From the human T2T-CHM13v2.0 reference genome, Homo sapiens, in the NCBI RefSeq assembly GCF_009914755.1, contig NC_060931.1: a DNA stretch of 64,000 nt, one strand, 5' to 3'. How positions within the stretch are numbered: the stretch's first letter is position 1; each line of letters opens with the position of its first letter. Shown in pieces: positions 41,421 to 57,372 of the stretch. A program made the position numbers and the translations under genes. The notes beneath the pieces are model-generated. The model was not told where the DNA came from. It saw nothing but the letters and a program-made list of their open reading frames with translations, and ran no database searches.

Positions 41421-43218
41421 ACCTAGAACCTTAAGGAAGGCATTAGCAGTGGTGGTAGGGAATGCCTAATGTATCCGTCTTATATCTGGAAAGCATGTTT
41501 GGGTAACAGTTTGCCTTCATTGCTCAAGAGTGACAAATATAATTGTGTATAAATTCCGCTAGGATATGAATGTAGGTACCTGGAGGTCTGCTTTAAAGCT
41601 TGTGATCATACACATCGATTAAAGCTAAGAGTGACTTAGCACCAGGAAGCATCAATATCAGTGATTAATTTGGCACCCAGGTTTTATTGTATTTCAATTT
41701 TGTCAAGCGTCTACAAGAATGTGGCTATTTTTCATCTTGCTGTTCATCTAGCAAGTCTAATAAACATCTGAATGAAGATTTCTAAGTTGAACTATTCTTC
41801 TACTTCATGTTATCTCAACTGCTCTGTGCCAGAAAACTATAAGAACAAAACCTTTTACATGTGCTCTTTCTTGCTTTCTGGAAGACCCTCCTCTCATGAT
41901 GAATCCGTAAGTATACATCTTTATGATGAACAGACTTATAACAGAAGGTTTTAGGCACTTCACTCTTGAAAGCAGATGGTTCATCAGGTACCCAACATCT
42001 GGCCATTTTTGTAGAGCAAACCCTTGCCTGGCTTAGAGAAACAAGATCTTGGAGAGGTCAGATTGAAAAATGAAAATGGCAATGGCACACTCCACTATTT
42101 AGTTGATTTTCTCTGGCACTGCAAAAACCTTGGGAATGCCTAGTGATCTGACTCATCACCCAGAAAAGGCTGTCTGATTAATCTGCAGAAATGATTCCAA
42201 CCAAGTACTCAGAATAGTTTGGTTGGGAACAAATCCAGCTTCAATTGCAAAATTATTGGTGGTCAAATGCACAAATAAAAAATCTTTTACCAAGATTTGG
42301 TGTGGTAGGAAAGAGTTTCGGTAGAAGCACTCCCTAAGTTCCTGATGGAAACTGGACATCAAAAAGAAATATTTTATCCCAGGCCAAATGGGAAAAATAT
42401 CCCCTTATAATACCCTTTCAACATGACTGGACAAGGGTGATAAATAACAGTACTGTGTTCACTTAACAATTTGCTCTTAAAATGGTTCCACATGTGGAAC
42501 AAGCTTCATTAGGACCCTTCTCTGAAATACTTTCTTATGTAGTTGATTGTTGGGAAGAAAGAGAAAAATAAAAAATCACAGAGAGCTTAATCCACCATGA
42601 GGCCCTGAATGCAGTATAAAGAAAAACTGTCTTTTGCAAAAGTGCCCTGCGGGCTCTGAATTTACTTGAACCTAATGTGGGAGAGTGATGGGCATCCTGC
42701 ATTGGTAGAGGATCATCCTGTACATGATGCCTGGGGTCTCTTCGCAGTTGCAATCTCCCTGTACTATCTAGTGAATAAGAAGGAGCTGCAGGACATAAGC
42801 CCAGAGGAAACGGCCACTGATCACCCATTTATGAGCTTTCAAGGCAACTGAATAGCTAAAGGTAAGAAGATATCCACCTTATGCTGCTGCCTGGAGTCTT
42901 TGAACACAATAATAAGAACTCTCCTGAAAAATGATTCCCTAGTGGGGGAAACATGATTTATGAGGTCTATTCAACAGTAAGAAAAATAGTCCAGAATTTT
43001 AGAAAATGCATTGTGAACACACAGATTTTTTTGATAGATTGTATTGCTCCTCTTTTTGAGGATAAATAAGAATGATGGTGTTCTCTGCAGACTTATTCTA
43101 CAATATAAAGATCCTTAAATTTGTTAGTGCTAGCAGAGTAAAATGTTTGCGTTTGTCTTTCTATTTTACTTCATAAATGCTTCAGTGTTCCGGTATCAGG
43201 GGACTTGGAGTTTGATGC

Positions 43219-43266
43219 TTTATATTTATATTTATATTTATATTTATATTTATATTTATATTTATA
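43219..43266. repeat. (TTTATA)8 perfect hexanucleotide repeat
   Basis: Directly visible. Confidence 0.95.
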
Positions 43267-46200
43267 TATTTGCACTTGTTTGCTTACTAGTAGGAACCAG
43301 GCGGCCAGGTTGTAATTTGGGAAAAAAAACTAGTCATGTTCAGGACTGAAAAAGCGGAATTGAATAAATAGGTCCTATTCATTCTGACCTCAGTGAGTAC
43401 AATCCTATAAAGGAGTAATGTGATACAGAAGTTGTTTAGTTGGAACTGAAATGGGTTGCTTTGTTAATGAGAATTGTAAGTGAATAAATAATCTGAAGTA
43501 ATACTTTTTTCTAAGGAGTCTGGGATGCCATCCAAATCCTCCTATTTAGGACTATATAATTATTGCTGAGGTGGTGCTCACACAGATGGATGACGGTTCC
43601 AAGGGTTGGTTCCAGGAGAGGTGAATCAGGGGGCACATTAAGGCCACTGCCTGGCCCTTCGGAGAACAAGGGTTTTGCAACCAAGAAATGTAAGATGACC
43701 GGGGCTGGCCAGAGGCAAAAAGACAGCTTCCCTACCCCTGACTTGTTAGGGTGCTCTCTCATCTGAGTCTTCATTCACCAGGCCCCAGGCTGACTGCTGA
43801 ATCATTTACCCAGGCTGAGAACAACTGATGGCAACTCTGTATTCTGGGACATTGCTCCGGTTCTGCTTTATTATCGTGTGATTTCTCACTCTGGCCAAGG
43901 ACCAGCTTTCATGTAATTCCTCCCCTAAGTGATCCTCTACTGCATCGCCCATTGTCAAAAATATGTCACGCTACCTTTGCGAGATGAAACAGCTAGGTTT
44001 GGGTGCGGAGTAACTTAGGACAGAGCACCAGTCACAGTCTTCCTTTTGATGAGGATTGCGCTGGATCACTGTATGAGAAGCATACAGCCCCATCGACATA
44101 AATGGCATGAAAATCCTTGAAAAAAACCTATCAGGAATTGTGAAGGATCCAAAGAAATGCCACCATTTCTTGCCCTTAAGCAACTCACAACTTTTGTGGG
44201 GAAAGCAAAACAAAAACACATGAAAAGTGAAATGACTATAATAGCAATAACAGACACAATAAAAGAAGGGAAGTCAGGAAGCAGTAAGCAATAGGCGATG
44301 TTTACTGTTTGGGCAATAGTCTCCACCTCCTAGGGGTGCTGTGAAGATTAAATATGGTGTAAGATTCCAAGCACAGTGCCTGGGAGAAACCTTCATACAA
44401 AATATTATTGCATAAGAGAAGCATACCAAGTGACAACAGGCAAAACATGGCCTCTGGGACAGGGTAAATAACTGAACCAGCTTTGATGGAATGGAACCTG
44501 TGAGGAGCTGCTGGCAAAAACAGATGCCCCAGGGTCTTGAATGGACAAGAGATGTGTTTAAGCTTTATCCTGCAGATATTTGTATCAGGAGTGTTATGGT
44601 CAAGGACTTGGTACAGGAGGACTGGATTGTATGTAGAAAGTGTGGTCTTTCTTGATGTACTTTGTATCATTAGCAACGATCTACCACTCCCCCCTTAGCC
44701 CCTGGCTACCTCATGGAACAGAAATTAAGTCACAATAATAAATGTGAAAAGACTTACTTGACTGAAAACATATTATATCAGCATAGATGATGAATACAGT
44801 CTTATCTTTGTTGTATATGTAGGCTTTCCCAGAGATTTTGAGGATATGTGCTTATCTTCGGCTTCAATTAGTTATATTAGAAGCCAGATACATGAGGGGA
44901 AAACCAGTACTTTATATAGGTTCCCCACCCCACTATTTCTTCTGCTATGAAAGCACTCACAGTAATATTGTGGGTGACACCACTGTGCCTCCTGAGTGAG
45001 CCACTCTCAGCATAATCAAAGCCCACAGTAAAAGCATTTGTGTTGTTGAAGGAATCCAAAGCAGGGATTCATTTAAGGAATAAGAGAACATTACATGTTG
45101 AGAAGCTGGTTAAGAACTCTGAAAGGGAACTTGTTTGTGCAAACCAGTGAGAAATAGAGAAATGAATGAGACTCACTTTCTAATTCCTATGTTCAACAGT
45201 GTGGGTATTTCAGTAGCTCTAGCAATGACTTTCGGAGATGGAACATTGATGGGTCAAAGTTTATAATGACATAGAGAAGGCTAAGGCACTAGGATAAGCA
45301 CCAGTTGCATCTATTACCTGTGTTTTTAAGGCAATCAATGAACAAACCTCACTATGGAGGTTTGAAGAAAATTCACTGCCACAACCCAAATCCCAATAAA
45401 ACCTAAAATGAATGGCTAATTGGTTGCTATTTGGAGGATTTACTGTAAGGCAGAGCTTTGTAAACATGATGCCACTGAAAGGGGCGTGCCTTAAATGTTA
45501 CATGTGTGCCAAGACAGTTGGGGATGGTTGGGTGAGCTTGGTGAGGACCAGGCGTAGAGCCTCCTGGGGGACTGCCTCTTGCTGCCATCAGCCTCATTCG
45601 TTTTATCTCAGCTTGTTATACAAATGTCATCAATTTACAAGTGTGCCAAGAAGTGAAGGAGGTTGAAAAAACACTGCCTTATATTGCCTTGAAAGGGGAG
45701 CTGGGTTAGTGTATTTAAGTGATTGTTTAAGATAATTTCTTGACAGAGGTTGAGACGAACAAAAGAACTCAAAGTGTTAGGAGCCATTTTCATTATGTAA
45801 TCAAAGGTAAAAGTAATAAAAGTTAAAATGATAGCTTAGCTAATGAAAAATATGATCTAGGCCTCAAACTTACCCAATACTTTTTTACACACCAACAAAA
45901 CTAACTTAATACCTTATTTTCCATGCTGATTCCTGGCATCATGTAATTTAGAGCTGGAAGAGGATGTAAAGACCATCTTCTTTTATATTTTAAATGACAA
46001 AAGGACACAGGAAGACCAAGTGACTTGCTCAAGGGATACAATATTTGGTGGACAAGCTGGAGTGAGCCTTGGGCTCATTGTCCAATGTTCTTTTCATTTA
46101 GCTTGAATCTCCTTGTTTTGAGGCAAGAGTAGAGAGACCTTGGCTTTTGTTTTACTTTGTGCCTCCTCTAATTTCAATGATTATTCAGTGTTTGCATGGT

Positions 46201-47495
46201 TAGTGAGGTGAGTTTTGGTGGGGGAAATCCTAACTCACATCACTTCTATTTCATTTTGATTTCATCCCTTTTAGGAACCATACTCTAAAATGTCATAAAA
46301 GACCTGTTAGTGAAGTTTTAAAATCTCTAGGATAAGTTTTAATCTCCAAAGCCTATGGACATCATCAAGGACTTCGAGAAACTCACCAGGGTGCTTTATC
46401 AAAGATAACTAATTCCTTCCCTGAGCATCAGATTGCAGTGGCCTTAGGGAAAGTCAAGAATGACCAGGTCCAAACTTCAACCCATGCTGGAGAAAGCACA
46501 CATGTGGAAACAAAGATTTTCAGCACCAGTCCTGAGCTGGAGGATTGCGAGGAGCCAGCAGCGTGCTGACCAGTGATGCACTTGCGGATAGGGACAGAAG
46601 ATGAAATCAACACCACTAGAGGAACACCAATGAAGAAAGGAAGGATTGAAAAGTTTGTTCCCCTACTGCTGACTGTTTAGATTGATGCTATGACCACTGT
46701 CCTGAATATGTTCTAACCTGCTGCTTGTTATCCTATATCTAAGTTTAGAAATTCCCTCAATAGCCTGTCAACCTCCACCACCGATACCCAAGCTGCCATG
46801 TGTGTCTACCTCATATATTCCGGCATAACCTCCTGACAAGTGACAGAAAAGGTGGAGACTTTCAAATTATAGAAAAGGGCCACTTCATTACTTGTACCAA
46901 AGCCCTTCTTGGGAACCTCTGGTGGGAAAGTAGGTTTGTTAAGGAGGTAGGAAGCACCTATAAGGACAGGTGCTACAGCTGGACAATAAAACCTGGATGT
47001 CAGGACTTGGGTTTTGAGTAGGGAGGACCAAGGATTGGCCTGACAACCTCACTGCACGTAGCCCCTGGGACATTTTACAGAGCAAGCATCTAATCCATTG
47101 AGTCATAGGCTACCTGAGTCTTCTCTAACCTGTGCATGCAGACCTCAGTGAGAATGAAAACAGTTAGTCAATGGCAGAAAATGCTTCAAACTTCCCAAAT
47201 ACACCAAAGTTATCTGTTTTGGTGAAGTTTCTAACATTATTTCCAATTTTCTATGCTTAACAATAATATAGCAATGAACATTTTGCATATAAGTCTTTGT
47301 TCAAATCTTTTTAAGAATTTAAAGTGAAATTGCCTATTACAGTTTATTTTTATTCAAGGCTTTGTTCTGGAAACCACTTTAGTTTCCCTTGGGCCCAATG
47401 TTAAGGTCTGAAACAAATACATAATATTTTGCATAATGGGACCAACATGCCCAGGATGCTTCCCTGTTCTCACTGGAAGTCAAGAAGGATAATCT

Positions 47496-47826
47496 GGCTG
47501 GGCACAGTAGCTCATGCCTGTAATCCAAGCACTTTGGGAGGCCAAGGTGGACAGATCACTTGAGCCCAGGAGTTTGAGACTAGCCCAGGCAACATGGCAA
47601 AACCTCGTCTCTACTAAAAATACAAAAATTAGCTGGACATGGTGGTGCATGGTGGTCTAAGCTACCCAGGAGGCTGAGGTGGGAGGAGGATCACTTGAAC
47701 CCAGGAGGTGAAGGTTGCAGTGAGCCCAGATCATGCCACTGCACCACTGCACTCCAGCCTGGGCAACAGGGTGAGACCATGGCTCAAAAAACAACAAAAA
47801 CAACAAAACAAACAAACAAGCAAAAA
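47496..47826 (+). mobile_element. AluJ with an internal CCACTGCA duplication
   Basis: gatcacttgagcccaggagtttgag; gccactgcaccactgcactcc; (CAAA)n tail. Confidence 0.88.
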
Positions 47827-48644
47827 GATATTCCTGCACTACAGATAGAAAGCTTCTAAGCTTCTAAAACCTGTCTACTCCTATGCAATGGTTGGCCTAC
47901 TTGGTCACTGACCTCGGAAGGAAGCAGCTTGCTCCTTCATTACATTGATTGATATAAAGTTTTTTCCTTATTTCCTGGGGAAATAATATTTTGAAAACAA
48001 ATCTGTCAGCCTTTGGTAAAGAGCATTACTAAATGCCAGCAAATAAGTAAGAAACCCTAACTCCCAGTTTCCCAATTAGCTGAGCATCACCTGTGCTTGG
48101 CAAAGTTGTTGTCTTGGCTGAAGAAGCTATGGACGTATCTCCATCCATAGGGAGGGAAAGTTTACATTTGGGTCCTTCTTCTCTCCTCTCTCCTCTGATA
48201 ATATTTAATAGCAACATGTTTGCAAGGGAGATTCTAAAAGACATCCCCTTGAGTCTGAATTTCGATGATTTCCATTACTTTTATAGCTTATTGGCTTGTG
48301 AACTCTGGAGAGGGAAAACTGCAATTCTAGCCTGAAGCCTCAGCAAAGGCACCTCAGCTGGACTGACTTGGCCACCAGTACTCCAGTTGCCCCCATTGCT
48401 GACCTAGGCTGTAATTTGGTGGGTAGTGAGAAAGACTATGTTCCCAGAAGGGCCACATGTGGGGAAGGGGACAGGGAGGGGAAGCTTCCCTCAGAGATAT
48501 GTTCATCTGTGGCCCAGATTTAGCTGCCCTGGGAGAGTGGTGGCTCTGACTAATGGCTAACAGAACCTATAGCCAGAGTAAACTCTGCACTACTCGACAA
48601 GAGTGAGCTGGTGGAATGAAAGATAATTCCTAGAAGGGATGATA

Positions 48645-48880
48645 TCTAGATAGCAGCAATGACATATTTAGTGCTTACTCTGAGCCAGTGCTCTTTTGAG
48701 CACTTCCACATATTCATCGAACTCTCATGGCAACCCCATGATTGAGGTATTAAAGTGTTCTTTTCTTCACACCGAGGAAACTGAGGCCCAAAGAGGTCAT
48801 GTAACTTCCTCAAGGTCACATGGTTAGTAAGTGATAGAGCCATGTTTCAAGTCCAGATAGGATGATTGTAGCACCTGGGC
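48645..48880 (-). mobile_element. MIR
   Basis: gaggaaactgaggccca...gtaacttcctcaaggtcacatggttagtaagtg. Confidence 0.75.
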
Positions 48881-50695
48881 TGTTAACCATGCCCTTTTCT
48901 TGCTTAAATGTAATGATGCTCCTATCAAAAGCAAAACAGCACTTAGTCCACCAAGAAAAAGCTCCCGAAGCCACGAAAAAAAAAACAAACCCAAAAAAAA
49001 ACCCCAAAAAACAAAAACAAAACAAAACAAAAAACAGTGAATATGTTAATGATCCTTGGGCTCGGGTAAGACCTGAAGAGTAAAACAATGCAAACTCTGG
49101 GAATGATCGTGATTCTTAAGCACCTGATAGCATAAACCTCGGTCAGTCTCAGAGAGCCCAAAACCTTTGATATTTTGACCAGGGATATGTGGCACAAGGA
49201 TGGCTTTTTACCATTCACGAGACACTTCGCATTTCTCTTCAAAATTAGAATTCAAAATTATCACAGATGTTAAGTATGAGGTAGCATCAGCTCCAGGAAG
49301 CTTTTAGGTGCATGTTGCAAATTACATACTGTAAATGCAACGTGCCATCAGTGAGTAAGCTGCTTTTGCCACAGAGCACGGGGCAACTTGCATTTTAAAC
49401 TCCCTAAATTGAAAAGAAATAAACATGTGAAGAAAAGCCATGAAGCATCATGAACTGTAGGATATATTTCCACTCTCCAGGGTGAAGTAAAATAATATCA
49501 TTTTGAAAGTGGTTAGAATTAAATTTTGGAGGTCAGTCTGATGCCATTTGGTAGGAAGAAAAATTCACATGTTAATTATAAGCATTTGCACCTATTGTTT
49601 TCCAAATCTACTTATGCATGGATTTTATTTGCAATAGGAAAAGTGTTTGTAGTTTCTTTACATAGTAAGTGCACATGTACACATACATACACACACACAC
49701 ACACATTCCCCTATACATTTAGAAATAAGGCTGTTATACTTCAAACAAAGCTGAGACTTTAACTACATGCTAAACACTTTCATTGTGGCCATATACTTTT
49801 TATTTTTATTCTAGTCCTTTAGGTATTCTGCCCCAATAAACAATTGGAAAGACTGGAATGGCTGCAAAATCTCTCTGTGAACACCTTCCTCAAGTGTAAA
49901 TTATTGGAAGGCTGTTTATATAATTCATGAAAATCCTTAGTTTTGTATCCTTTTAATCTTGGTGAATCCATCGTACTGACAGAATTCTGCTTTTAGTCTA
50001 TGCTTAAAGATTGGATTTATTTCTTCAGCTTTTCATGAAGAAAAAGGGAAATGAAATTGTACTTTCAGATGTATGTAATTTGGCTTCTGCACATATTCGC
50101 TGAGGTTTAATGCTTCTGTAGTTTTCACTCCTGAATTTATCAAGGCTTAAGCCAAACAGGGCAATTCTCTCCATGAGGTTCTGGTGGTTTTCTTTCTTTC
50201 TTTTATTTTTATTTTTTTGATAACATTAACTTTATCACATAAAGTTCTTATTCATTCTCAACAACTTTATTTCTTGAGTATTGCTTAATACTCACCCCTC
50301 CCCTATCCCACATGTGCTAGAAACTCCCACAGTTTATAAGAATTTTAGGACTACAACGTACGTGCATTTATTTACTTTCTCTTAGTGCTCCTTTATTTTC
50401 GTGTTTCCATACCCAACATTTTGGGCCAAATCACTTCAACATGAAAAATGCACAAATTTTCCTATCCTCTCTTCTGTTCTACTGCTTGCAGGCTGCTGAA
50501 TGAGCTCTGGAAGACTGTGGTAGAAAAGGAAAAACAACCAAGGAAGCCTGAGAATCTGAAAAGGTGGCCAGTTGGAAGACAAATATGGGCTATGACTGTC
50601 ACCTGTTGTATAGGATCATAGAACCTTAGAGCTGGAGGAGCTTCAGAAGTTGCGTTCATCTACTTCTCCTCCCTCTACTGCTACCCAGGGGAGGG

Positions 50696-51422
50696 TGAAA
50701 CTGCCTTTGCCAAATTGTAACCGAGGAAACTATGACAGTGGAAGAAATCAGACCTAACCGACTCCATCTTGCTTCTAATCTTTAAGTCGTCCTTGTTCAT
50801 TCCTGGGCATAGGCCAAGCTAACTTTGAGAAGGAATTCAGTTCATGGTTTGACTTAAACAAAATTGATAACAGCTCTTTCCCTGAAAGACCCGCTTCTTG
50901 CCTGGGGACCAATCTGCCTTTGTAGGACTAACAAATTAGCCTCAAGATTAGAAATTACAGTTTAGGGGTCATGCAGCCTCTGGCTCCTAGAGTCTGAACC
51001 TCCCCAAATTGCTCCTGGGGATAACATCACTATTGTAAAACCTAAGATCAGTGCTTGAGATATTTTGCAGACCTTGCACTCAGTGTATCAGCTGACACCA
51101 CCCAGACCAGTAATCTGCTTTAACCAGGTCTGCCATCCCACCCAGGAACAGAAGACAGCAAGAAAACCACACTTCGACCCCCTATGATTCCATCTCCAAC
51201 CCAACCACATCAGCACTCCCCATTTCCCAAGCCCCTACCCACCAAATTATCTTTAAAAACTCTGATCCCTGAATGCTCGGGGAGACTGATTTGAGTAATA
51301 ATAAAACTCTGTCTCCCCGCACAGCCGGCTCTACGTAAATTACTCTTTCTCCATCGCAATTCCCATCTTGATAAATTGGCTCTGCTAGGCAGCGGGCAAT
51401 GTGAAGCCATTGGGCAGTTACA
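50696..51422 (+). mobile_element. Full-length solo LTR, LTR8A-like (ERV1)
   Basis: TG...CA termini (TGAAACTGCCTTTG ... GGGCAGTTACA), 727 bp, gactccatcttgcttctaa motif, AATAAA near 51300. Confidence 0.85.
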
Positions 51423-52188
51423 AAGTCACCAGTGTCTCTGAACCTACAGGGATGTTTAAATGGCCTTCTGACTATATCTCATGCTTCCACTCTTGCTTTC
51501 TCCCCCACCCCCAACCCTTTGGTTTCAATTTCCACAAGCATTTAGACTCATCTTTTACAAATATAAGTCAGATTTCAGTCCACTGCTTAAAACCCTCCAA
51601 TGGTTCCCATGGACTTAGACTACAGTTGAGACTTCCTACCAAGAGCACATGAAGCCAGCACTGTCTGCCTCCTGCCACTCTCCCTTGCTCCCCGTACTAC
51701 AGCTGCACTGGGCTTCTCTATATTTCTTGGATGCCAAGCTTGGCGTCCACCTTAAGCCTTCTGCCTGGACTGATTTTTTTCTGCAGATCCTTTGCATGTC
51801 TGGTTCTATTCTGTTGAACAGTTCTCAATCAAGTTACTTACAGAACATTCCCTGACCAACCCATAAAAGGAAGCACCCCTCCTTTCAAGGCAACATTACC
51901 ATATCACTCTGTTTTCCTTTCTTCCTAATTTACAAATGAATGAAGAGCTTTTATAGGGGTGGAGGAGTTGAGGGCATTAGTTGTGTTCTTGCCTTCTTCT
52001 TGAGCCAGAGGTCAGTAACTGTCTGCTAGTCAGTGGTATGGATGCCTTATTTGTGCCCACAGCCTGTGGCTTTCAGGCTATACAGTATGTCCGTGACAGT
52101 CTTCTGATATACTTGTCCGGTATCTGTATCACTGGAACAAATCAAAACAAGACCCCTTATTCAAATGCAGGCAAATTTCAGCACTTAC

Positions 52189-52437
52189 TTATAGTGGATC
52201 CAGACTCAGGCCTGTTCAGGGAGCTGATGATGACAAAGCCGAAGCCCTCATTCTCTTTGCGGTGAATGACCACATCACTGGTCTGCAGGCTGTGGGAGGC
52301 GAAGCCTTCAGGGGGAGAGGCATTGCTACTGGGGGCAGCGTGGTTGCTGTTGGTGTAGGTTGCGTAGTCACTGCGTGGAGAGCTGTGGTGGGTGGATACA
52401 GAGCCTGGACTTCTCCCGTTCTCTGGGCAGGGCTCCC
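52189..52437 (-). CDS. MAGI2: MAGI2 coding exon (249 nt, phase 1 to 1; probably exon 16), linker plus start of the next PDZ
   Basis: Acceptor ttttgcag|GG, donor ATAA|gtaagt. Translates (G)EPCPENGRSPGSVSTHH...SDVVIHRKENEGFGFVIISSLNRPESGSTI, with the GFGF carboxylate-binding loop. Phase matches both neighbours. Confidence 0.96.
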
Positions 52438-53832
52438 CTGCAAAATATACCACACACAGGTAATCAATTACCTTACAAGGGTCTCAATGAATGCTTCCTA
52501 TGTACTAGGCACTGTTCTAGACAGTGGTATTGTTACAAGACTGGTTGAACTGCTTCTCTTTCTCCCAGATTTGCAGAGCATTTGAAAAGCTACAGACCTA
52601 GGCGTGGAGCTCCCAAGGTCTTGCTCAGTCCTAGTTTTCATAGCAAACAGAGGTGAAACCCCTCATCAGCCTCCTCTGTGCTGTTACTGATTTATATCTT
52701 CATCTCATGAGGACTGCAAACCCCTGGGACAATGCCTAGTTTTAGATATTGAGGTTCTTCTTTGCATAAGAATAATTTACTGAAGATGGTCACAAAACAA
52801 GTAGAATCTTACATGATATGGTGCATAAGAATCACTTAAATAAATTGTAAAAAAAAGTACATCTTCACGGGCCACCCACAGAATGTTTTCTCAGTAGGTC
52901 TGGGCACAAGAATCTGCATCAAGTTTCAAGGCTACACTTCGAGAAATGCTGCTGTAGATGTATTATAAGGAAGGCTAACAGCACAGGTGCCATCCATGTA
53001 AAGTTAACTATCATGCATTTTTCTAAAGAGCTATAGTTCTATTTTATAATATTCTGCTAGCCTAGAAGTATTGATTTACTTCATGTATGTGGAAAATATA
53101 CTTCTTAAAAGTAGTTTGCACAGCTTTTTGTATATCAGCCATATCACAATGAAGTGGCTTAAAAGAATAAATAAATAAGTTGAGATTTTCATTTAAAAAA
53201 TAGCTTGCTTGCTCTAGGATCAAATCTAATTTCAGGCTCTGAAATTATGAAGTTTGAACCTCTAAGGAGCTGTTGAAGGTCTTTTCCATTTTTACAGTCC
53301 ATCTTAATATAAAATACACCCTATTATCAACCAGATAAACCAAACTAATACTTTCATGAGAAAAAGCCAGCATATTTCCATGGAGAAATGATAGAAAGTT
53401 GGCAGCCAAAAGAAGCTAGTTTTTGAAATGAAAGTTTATCTGTCATCCAGAAAGAATTTCGTCATTTTAATTTAATACCTAGGTATTGGCACTCTGATGA
53501 AAAGAACCGAAGCAGGCACCTAGAATAATGTAATTAGAAATAGGGTTGCTTTCATTTCCATCTTAAAATTTGATTAGTGTACTCAAAAGATGTTTATGGA
53601 ACAGAGGAATAATAAGATGGAAAATAATCACCATTAATTATTCCATTTTGGGTCCCTAGGTATAGCATCCTATGTAGAACTCTGGAAGTTGTTGCATATG
53701 GCAAATTAAAAATAATTTTCAAAAGTTCCAATGAAGGCTCTTAACCTTACAAGCTGCAATTCCATTTTGAGATGAAAAAGTCAGGGAGAAAAAACAAAGA
53801 CTGCAAGAGACGTTTTGTTACATCGATACCTA

Positions 53833-53863
<31 letters not shown>

Positions 53864-54413
53864 GCTGTATTTGTTTATATACTTAGATTTTAAAAAATGG
53901 CCTAACCAAAATATACTAATTTCTTGTTTGCAATTACAGAATGAATGAGACCCAGGCTGTTGCTCGTTATTATTTGGTAAATTTGATTTTTCTTTAAGAT
54001 CTAATTAATCACGTTTAAATAAAGGAAAAGATGGATGCTTTTTGTAAGAAATGTACCGAGGTCATAAGAGAACAGAATGTCAATGTCAAAGCCTTTCTTT
54101 CTGTTCAAATGGAATTTAAAGCTTCGCTTGTAAAATGTACCCTCCCTGCTGGACAAGTTGTTATTGTCTTGGTGCATCACATGTCCTTTATCAGTCCTTG
54201 TACAAGTGGGAAATAAAGTGATTAGGGATAGTCAGGAAGAACAAAAACAAACAATTATTATGCTGCTACATTAAATTGAAAATCTCCTCGAGTTATTGGA
54301 CCAAACCAGTAACTAAATGTCATAGGCAGTGACAAGAGAGATCTCATTTTCTGGCTGTCATATTTTAGGAGGTTGAGAGCTGTGATTGTCAGTAAGTCAG
54401 CAAGAAAGAAGAA

Positions 54414-54794
<381 letters not shown>

Positions 54795-55275
54795 CTAAGT
54801 CAATGTGAGGATTCCCTGGGTAAGTCAAAGAGTCATATACATTAATAGGATACTTTTCTATTGCCTTTGGACTTCTCTTTCAACTTCCAGAACAAAGTTC
54901 TTTATCTTTAGCCAAATGAGCATATTTAAAATCAGGAAGTTAAGAAGACTTCGAAGGTCTTCCTGGGCTTGTTCTGGGCCCTTGACACTTAAAAACTGGT
55001 CACATGATTGTCTTTCAGGGATTGACCCCACATCATTTTTCTACTCATCTGGCTCTGGACCCAAGTGAGACGGTCTTCTTTCCAATGGTCTTTCCTACTG
55101 TAGGGCATTAACAGCCTTGTTTTATAATAATATAGTAAAACATCCTAAAGTGACTAAAATTCATGTATTATATAATTTTTTTAAAGAAAATTCACTAATT
55201 TCTAGGATCCCTGACTCATTCATCTAGCTCATACACAAGTGGCTGCATAGAATTCAATCACTTAGTATCTACTAA

Positions 55276-55602
<327 letters not shown>

Positions 55603-55824
55603 TAAATAATTAGTTTTTAGGGTAAGCTGTTTCGTCTCCACCAGTCACAGTGGAACTCATCACTGTGCTAAGAGAGGGTCTCCCATTGGGAATGTGGGAG
55701 TCAGTGACAATGCCTGCCAGGTAAGATGGTGTAGACCAGTACATTTAACTATTGGCCAAGAGCTGTTTCTGGTCTGCACAGTGCTGGCCTATATTTCATT
55801 CGATAATTGTTAAAACTAATTGCC

Positions 55825-56264
<440 letters not shown>

Positions 56265-57372
56265 TCATTTACTCATTTATTCACACAGTGAGGAATTCTC
56301 AGGGCTGAAGGAACTTGTTCAACTGGACCCTTGGTTTCTCTTCTAGACCATATGCTACATACCAGGACTCTAGAATTCTGTAACCATATAGACCTTGCCT
56401 GCTTCCAGGATGTGCCTGGGTCTCTTCTCAGGACTGTCTTTGGAAGGATGACAGCATTGCAGACAGGCATATTTTGCCTTGAAGCATGGCTGAGGCAATG
56501 GGATGTATGTATGGACAGAGCTTGGTCATGTGGGCTGTGATGTCCACATGCATGTGTACCAGGTCCCTCATGGTCCTTATGGGGCAGGAGCAGCCTACAG
56601 GCTGTGGCCCTGAAAATGTTAGGGGCTGGCCTGCCTATAGGCATTTGTGCAGACATTCCCAGTTTATACTCATCAAGGCAGACAGCTTATTTAAATGGGT
56701 GACATGGTTGCAGACAAACAACAAGGGAATGCATTTAGAATTGGCAAAAAGTGTAGTCACCAGGATCAGGGAACGTACTGGCACCTTCAATACTGGCTAA
56801 ACTTTTCACCCATCTGCCAAGACAACCTCCCCTTTTTTGGCATTAGGCCAAGAATTAGACTTTCCCTTAGGTGTTAGAGAAAAGATGCTGATAGCTTTAA
56901 GACTGACTCTAACATGTTTTTATGAAGTCATAAAATGTTCTTTCACATCAATTCTAGATTTACACTTCAGGAAATTCCTCAGAGACATGGTGTGCATCCA
57001 AAATAATGTGCCATTAGCTTGAATGTCTCAAAGCTGATCTGCTAAACATATAAATATTTATGCTTTTCAGTATAATAATTAAAGCCACTCTTCTCATATC
57101 CTTGGGAAAAAAAACAACCAAATACTGGAGCTGGAGGCATGGATAAGGCATCTTCTCTCAAAACTAATGCAAGGTGAAAGTGTGTGCTATGACTATTTGG
57201 TAAATAAAACTGGAGGCAATTTATTATCCATAGTTGCCTACTGAAACAATAAAATAAAAATAAATGAATAAAAGAAAAATTGGAAGCACTACCCGATAGC
57301 CTCTTCCTTTACTCAACAACTTCTCACTTTTGAGAATCTAGTTTATCTTCTGATTGGAAATTCTGGCTTTCT

